From a bacterium (GTDB taxonomy: Bacteria; Verrucomicrobiota; Verrucomicrobiia; Verrucomicrobiales; V1-33), in contig JANOAS010000367.1 in assembly GCA_031411255.1 (NCBI GenBank), forward strand, positions 10,683 to 74,682: a stretch of 64,000 bases of DNA, in the 5' to 3' direction. Both the position numbers and the translations under genes were made by a program. Shown in pieces: positions 54,073 to 61,400 of the stretch (within the stretch, counting starts at the first letter, position 1; every line of letters begins with the position of its first letter). Below the pieces are notes generated by a model. The model saw only the letters and a list, made by a program, of their open reading frames with translations. It searched no databases and had not been told where the DNA came from.

Positions 54073-57000
54073 ATGAAAAAAACACTCTGGATCGCTTTGG
54101 CCGGCCTTTGCTTAGGATTTTGGACGCTTCATCATGATGCCCCCAACCCGAAACACTTCCCTGTAGGGACCCCTGCCAATCCCCCGCGGCAAGCCCCTGC
54201 GGAAACGGGGGCATCAGCGGGCCATGCCATCGCCGGGTCCCAATCCTCGGAGTCCAAAGGCAGTGCTGGCCTGTTGCCTTCCGGGGCAATGTCCCGTGAA
54301 CTGCAAGAGGAGGAGCGTGCCTCTTTCTACGAAGTGGTTCAGGCGGCACGCCATGCGGTCACTTCGCTTCTGCCGGAGGAGGCCCGACTGCCGCAGAATC
54401 TCGGGGTGCATTATTTTGCCGCCAATCCGGGTCAGAATCTGACAGCTAGATTTCTGGAAACCGGGGTGCGCCTTGAGTCCGGCAGACCTGATCGCCAATG
54501 GCGGGCGCAGTTCGGGATCCACTCCCCCACCAGGGTGCGTCCGTCGCAGTCGGCTTCCTCGCGGGTGGAATATGCCTCCCCTGAGGGAGTTGTTGAGTGG
54601 TATCAAAACCGTCCCGAAGGAATCGAGCACGGCTTTGTCCTTCCAAGCCGCCCACGCCCCCCGGCACCGGAAAACACCGCTGATCGGGAATGCGGATTGG
54701 AAATTCCGATAACGGGCGACTTGCGACCCGTGGCCGATCCGGATTCGGTCGGCGATATCCTTTTGGTGGATAAAAACAGTGTCCCGGTGCTGGGCTACCG
54801 TCAGCTCAAGGTGTGGGATGCCACCGGCAGGCCATTGCCTTCCCGGATGCGTCCCAGTGCGGCTGGCGTGCTGCTGGCCATCAACGATGCCCAGGCTGTG
54901 TATCCGGTGACGATTGATCCACTGATTGTGAATTTGGAGCAGAAGCTCAAACCGCAGATTGGCACGGCCGATTCCCATCTCCTCACGGGAGCGAAGTTGG
55001 GCACTTCCATCAGCATTTCCGGTGAGACGGCCGTGGTCGGGGGAGTGGGGGAAAGGTCCGTCTATGTTTTTGTCCGCTCGGGCGGGGTCTGGACTTTTGA
55101 AGCGCGCCTCAAACCTGGCACAAACACGGATGATCAATTCGGCCAGAGCGTTTCGATCTCCGGTGAAACCGTGTTGGTTGGCGCTTATCTGGACGATTTA
55201 TCCACGGGCAGCAACGCAGGGAGTGCTTACGTCTTCATGCGGAATGCGGGAGTGTGGAATCAGCAGGCGAAATTGGTGCCCGGCGACTCCGCGGCAAGTG
55301 ACACGTTTGGCGTTTCCGTCAGTTTGGAAGGAGACACCGCGTTGATTGGCTCCCGCCTGGATGATGACCGGGGCAGCAATTCCGGCAGCGCTTACATTTT
55401 CAAGCGCACTGGCACTGTGTGGAGCCAGGCGGCCAAATTGACCGCCACCGATGGACAAAGTGGAGACGAGTTTGGGGTGCGGGTATGCCTCTCCGGTGCC
55501 TCCGCATTGATTGGGGCCACCTATGATGACGACCGCGGCAGTGACGCCGGGAGTGCTTACGTCTTCACCGGCAGCGGGGCCAGTTGGACGTTTCAGCAAA
55601 AACTGACGGCGGCGGACGGCGTGGCGGGAGACAACTTCGCCAGCGCCCTCTGCCTGTCCGGCGATGCCGCAGTCATCGGTGCCAGCGGCGATGATGACCG
55701 GGGCAGCAATTCCGGCAGTGCCTACCTCTTCACCCGCAGCGCCGGCACCTGGAGCCAGCAGCAAAAAGTCACCGCCTCCAACGGTTCCGCAGGAAGCTAC
55801 TTTGGCGGCGCGGTGGGGCTGGACGGTGACCACGCCGTCATCGGAGCCCATCTGGCGAACACCGTCTATGTATTCCAGCGCTCAGGGGCCAACTGGACCG
55901 AACAGACCCGGCTGACCGCCGGAGCGGGGGACGGTTATTTCGGCGTCAGTGTGGCCATCGCCGGCTCCACCATCGTGGGTGGGGCCTTCGATGAAGACGG
56001 ACCTAACAATGCATCCGGTGCCGCGTATGCCTTCGTCCGGAATGCGGGCACGTGGGGTTTCCAAGCCCAGATGCCGGTGGATGATGCCGCTCAGGAAGAC
56101 CGGTTCGGGCAGGCTCTGGCCATTGATGGAGATACCATTCTGGTGGGCGCGGCATCGGACAATACCCCGGCCGGGGCCGGGGCCGGAAGTGCCTACCTCT
56201 TCGTGCGCAGCGGGACCACCTGGACGCAGCAAGCCCGATTGCGCCCGGCCGATGCCGCGAAAGAGGATTTTTTCGGTTCGTCCGTCAGCCTCTCCGGCCA
56301 GTCCGTCCTCGTTTCCGCCAGAGGGGACGATGATCGCGGAGATGGTTCCGGCAGTGCCTATGTCTTTGTCCGTTCCGGTAGCACCTGGAGTCAGCAGGCC
56401 AAACTGACCGCCGCTGACGGGGCCAGTAATGACGACTTTGGCTATTCGGTCAGCCTGGATGGCGACACGGCGCTGGTGGGAGCACTTTACGCCGATGGCG
56501 TCTATGTTTTTGTCCGCACTGGTGCCGTCTGGACCCAGCAAACCAAACTGACCGCCGCCGATGGTTCCAACGGGCAGTTCTTCGGGGAAGCTGTCAGCTT
56601 GCAGGCGGACACCGCCGTGATCGGGGCGTCGCGCGACAATGAAAAAGGGAGCAGTGCCGGGGCCGCCTATGTCTTTACCCGCAGTGGCACTGCCTGGAGC
56701 CAACAGGCCAAACTGGCCGCTGCCGATGCTTCGCAGGGAGTTCAGTTTGGCAATGCCGTCAGTCTCCGCAGCGATACGTTGGTCGTTGGAGCCTTCGGCG
56801 CACAGAATGCGGCAGGTAGTTCCACCGGAGCCGCGTATGTTTTTGTCCGCCAAGGTACTCTGTGGACCCAGCAGGCCAAGCTTTTAGCGACGGATGGCCA
56901 CGCGGGTGCTTGGTTTGGTCACTCCGTGAGCCTATCCGGCGAGCGGGTGGTGGTGGGGGCCCGATACGACAATGAGCGGGGTTTTGAAGCCGGCGCTGCC

Positions 57001-58375
57001 TACGTCTTTGTCCGAACCGGCACTTTCTGGACTCCCCAGCCCAAAATCACACCCGCTGATGCCGGTTCCGGCGATTTCTTTGGAGTCGCGGTTGGTCTGA
57101 GCGGCCAGACGCTGGTCATTGGAGCTTCCGGTGATGACACGCCCCTGCCTGATGGCCGTCCAGTCAAGGATCAGGGCAGCGCCTATGTCTATTTGCTCAC
57201 CCCGGTGCCGGGTCCGGAAATCGTGCTGCAGCAGTCCAGCGGACCGCAACTTTTTGATGACCAGTCCACCGTCGTTTTCAGTGCTGCCGTGGGTAGCTCC
57301 CAATCCCTTTCCTTCCTGCTGCACAATGTCGGGGACGCCTCCCTCAGCGGAATATCCGCCAGCCTGTCCGGACCTGGAGCTTCCGCTTTCTCGCTGGTCA
57401 CCCCTCCCCCTGCGGCCGCCGCCGCCGGCACCTCCACGCCTTTCGGCATCCGATTTCAACCCACCGCCGCCGGCATCCTCAACGCCACGCTTACCCTCGT
57501 CAGCAACGATGCCGACGAAAACCCTTTCACCATTCAACTTCGGGGCGGGTTTTTCGTCGATCTTCCCTTGGCTCTCGATGCTGAAGGCTTCGTCTTCACC
57601 ACCAAAACCGGGACCGGCTGGTATGGTCAGACGGATGTCGCCACCATCGGCGGGGACGCTGCGCGCAGCGGCCCAATCGACCAATACGAGTCCAGTGACC
57701 TCAGCACTACCGTCACCGGGGCCGGCACCCTGTCCTTCTGGTGGAAGGTCAGCTCCGTGCAGTTCTTCGATGAACTTCGCCTTTTTGTGGATGGCAGTTT
57801 ACGGACGTTAATTTCCGGAAATGTGGACTGGCAGCAGCGCACCCTTCAAATCACCGAACCTGGCAGTCATGAAGTCCTCTGGCGTTATAAGCGGCAATCC
57901 AGCACCCCCGCCGGCAGCGATTGCGGTTGGGTGGATGGCTTTACCTGGACTGGTCAATCATCCCCAATGACGGACTGGGCCACCGCCGCCGGCCTGACCG
58001 GCAACGAGGCGCTGCCCCTCGCCACCCCCCAAAGGCGATGGCGTGCCCAACCTCCTGAAATTCGCCTTCAACCTGAATGGGGCGGCGGCGGACAGCCGCA
58101 TCCTGACATCCGGGACCGGCACCGCCGGGCTGCCGGTGATTGCCGTGCAGGGCCCGACGGGGGGACGTGTGCTGCGGGTGGAATTCCTGCGCCGCATCGG
58201 CAGCGGACTGACCTACACGCCGAAGAAAAGTCCCGGTTTGAATGCGGGTTCGTGGCTGCCGCTCGCGGCTACGCCCACCGTCACCCCAATAGACGCCGCC
58301 TGGGAGCGGGTGGTTTACCTGGACCCGGTCACCGGCGGCAAGTGGTTTGCCCGGGTGGAAGTCGCGCTGCCGTAG
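54073..58375 (+). CDS. giant secreted FG-GAP-repeat protein, interrupted by a +1 frameshift at a C6 run (58025-58030); intact length would be 1433 aa
   Basis: Signal/TM-like N-terminus MKKTLWIALAGLCLGFWTL. At least 17 repeats of the form FG.SVS(I/L)SG(E/D)T.(L/V)VGA..DD.....GSAY(V/L)F. A choice-of-anchor-D-like domain (FGIRFQPTAAGILNATLTLVSNDADENPF) and an SFWWKVSS...LRLFVDG lectin-like domain follow. After EALPLATP the 0 frame becomes Arg/Gly/Pro-rich nonsense. The +1 frame reads KGDGVPNLLKFAFNLNG...KWFARVEVALP, the same C-terminal module as the 2815-aa protein. Confidence 0.85.
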
Positions 58376-58391
58376 GTCCCGGTTTTCCGAC

Positions 58392-58418
58392 AGGAGGCGG
58401 GAGCCTCCTTCCTTTTAT
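58392..58418 (+). terminator. Rho-independent terminator after the FG-GAP gene (in the corrected frame)
   Basis: AGGAGGC-GGGA-GCCTCCT followed by TCCTTTTATT, 17 nt after the TAG at 58373-58375. Its position supports 58375 as the true gene end rather than 58701. Confidence 0.65.
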
Positions 58419-58474
58419 TAACATAGACGTTCCCATTCTGCAACCTGCCAAATTTTTAACCGCAATTTCTTTTT

Positions 58475-61400
58475 ATGACGCGATTTATTTGCTTCCATGT
58501 GCTTATTTTAGGATGCTGGCTGTTTGGCTGGGTGCCTTGCCGCGGGGAGTCCGCTGCAAGTTTGCTGGATTTGCTGAAAGATCCCGGGGAGAAGACCCTC
58601 ACCGGGACCCAGCAGGGCCAGAGTGTGGCGTGGGCGAATGGTTTGGCGGTGGTCGGAGCCCCGGTCGATTTTTCCGGCGGGATCAGTGCCGGTGCCGTTA
58701 AAATCTATGATGCGGCGACAGGCAGTTTGCAGCGAACTCTGTTCAATCCTTCGCCTGCAGCGTTGGACAATTTCGGCATGGCGGTGGCTGCGGCGGGATC
58801 GTGCGTGGCAGTGGGGGTTCCAAATGATGACACTGGGGCCACAAATGCCGGGCTGGTCTATGTCTATGACCTCGAAGGTTCCAACCCTGGGGTTCCGGTG
58901 GCTGTGTTGGCAAATCCGAGTCCGGCGGTGGATGATTTTTTTGGGAGTGTAGTAGCGATGGAAGGCACTCTTTTGATCACAGCGGCGTATAACGATGATA
59001 CCGGGGCCACGAATGCAGGAGCCGTGTACGTGTATGATCTGGCCGGCGTCTCCCCGGAGGTGCCGGTCCGGGTGCTGGCCAATCCAAGTCCGGCGACGTC
59101 TGATTTCTTCGGGCGCGCCTTGGACATCTCCGGAAATTTGGTGGCGGTGGGGGTGCTCAATGATGACACCGGAGCCAGCAATGCCGGGCTGGTCTATGTG
59201 TTTGATTTGGCGGCGGCCGATCCTGCCGTGCCGACGGTGACGGTGCCGCACCCGGCCCCCGCGGGTAATGATAGCTTCGGCAGCGCCGTGGCCATCAGTG
59301 GAAACCGGCTTGCTGCAGGTGTCCCGGCTCATGATACCGGGGCCAGCAATGCCGGACGGGTTTATTTATTCGACCTTTTGGGGAGCACGGCATCCGTGCG
59401 GACGGTGTTGGATAATCCCGCGCCGGAGAGTTCCGACCAATTTGGATCCGTGCTGGCGATGGACGGACCCCTGGTGGTGGTGGGGGTGCCGCAGGATGAT
59501 AGCGGAGCCTCGAATGCCGGCAGCATTTATGTGTTCGATGCCAACCGGGCGATGCCAGCGCTCCCTGCGGCGGTGATTCCGCATCCCGAAGCAGGCAGCT
59601 CCCACCAGTTTGGCTTTTCCGCGGCCCTCTCCGGCGTCCGGGTGCTGGTGGGGGCACCCATTCCTGGGAGTGCTTTTGTTTATGAGGTGAGCGGTGCGGT
59701 GCCGGTGCGGGGGCCGGATTTGCGGCATGCTTCGCTGGCCGGAGACAATCGTTACGGGACGGCGGTGGCGGTTTCTGGGAGCAGGGTGGCCATCGGTGCG
59801 CCCAATGACGACACCGCCGGAACGGATGCCGGGCAGGTTTACGTCTATGACCGGAACAGTGCGACGCCCGGCGTACCGCTGCTCCGTCTGACCAGGCCGG
59901 GTGCCCTGAACACTGACCGGTTCGGCTCCGCCCTGGCGCTGGAAGGGGATATCCTGGTCGTGGGAGCTTACATTCAGGAGTTTGGCACTAGCAGTGTCGG
60001 ACGGGCCTTCGTCTATGATCTGGCGGCGGCTAACCCCTCGGAACCGGTGCGGGTGCTTTATAATCCCGAGCCGGGCGCCCAGGATAACTTCGCGCGTTCA
60101 CTCGCCATCTCGGGGAGCCGGGTGCTGGTGGGCGCTCCCTACAGGGGCCCCGGCGACACGGGCACAATCTACGTTTTCGATCTGAACAGCACCCAGCCGG
60201 GGCGTCCGGTGGAAACGATTCACAATCCGGCACCGGCGACGAATGATTATTTCGGCTGGGTGGTGGCGATGGGGGGGCGCTACGCGGCAGCGGGGGAAGG
60301 CAGCGCGGGTTCAGTCTATGTTTTTGATTTGGATGGGGCCATTCCCAGCCGTCCGCTGGTAGTTTTGCAAAATCCGGTTTCCGGCCCGGCGAATAGTTTT
60401 GGAGCCAGCCTGGCCGTGGCCGGCAGTCTGCTGGTGGTGGGAGCCTCAGGAGATGATACCGGCGCCACCAATGCCGGCCGGGTTCATGTCTATGATCTGG
60501 CAGCGGCGGTGCCTGGCGTGCCGTTTATGACCCTGCCCCCGCCGATACCGGTGGCGAATGACGCATTTGGCTCTGCGGTGGCGGTCTCCGGCAGCCGGGT
60601 GGCGGTGGCGGCCCAGCGCAATGACACGGGCGCGACTGATGCTGGACGGGTTTTTATCTATGATCTCGCGACTCCGGCGCCAACCGCACCGTTGTGGACA
60701 TTGGACAATCCAGCCCCTGGCACCAGCGACGAAATGGGAACCGCGCTGGCTCTGGATGGAACGCGATTAGTGGCGGGGATGCCGAGAGATGACGCCGAGG
60801 CTCCGGACTGGGGCGCGGCCGCCCTGTTCGATCTGCCCCGGGGGCGTCCATCGGTCAGCACGGGGACCGTCAGCGGAGTTACTTCAGTCCAGGCAGTGCT
60901 CTCCGGCACGGTTCATCCGCACGGATTAGGCACGACGGCGGTTTTTGAATATGGACTGACGACGGCCTATGGCAGCAGCACCGCGGTCTCGCTCACTCCA
61001 CCGGACGGCAACGCTGCGCAGCCAGTCTCCGCTACTCTTAATGGGCTGACTCCGGGAGCCGTCTATCATTACCGGCTGATGGCGCAAAATGCGGCTGGCT
61101 CCTCGCTTGGACTGGACCGCATTTTCACCCCGGCCTCAGTCTATCCCGCCCACTGGGCTTCAGCGGCGGGCGTGCCCGTTTCCGCATCGGGCTTCACCGC
61201 CACGGGGCGGCGGTTGTCAGCCCTGACTTTTGGTTTCTTTCCGGCTCCGGGCACGGCGTTGACGCTGGTGAATAACACTGCTGGCACGCCGGTGGCGGGC
61301 ACCTTTGTGGACCTGCCCGAAGGAGGGACCGCCACTGCGGTTCATTCCGGTGAGACTCTCCACTTCCTGACAACCTACCAGGGAGGGGACGGGAATGACA

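Noticed and set aside
58046-58701. Zero-frame tail of the listed 1542-aa ORF after the C6 run
   Set aside because: Its content is nonsense-like (RRWRAQPPEIRLQPEWGGGGQPHPDIRDRHRR...). It reads through a terminator hairpin, an AT-rich promoter region and the start of the next gene. The +1 frame carries the conserved C-terminal module instead.
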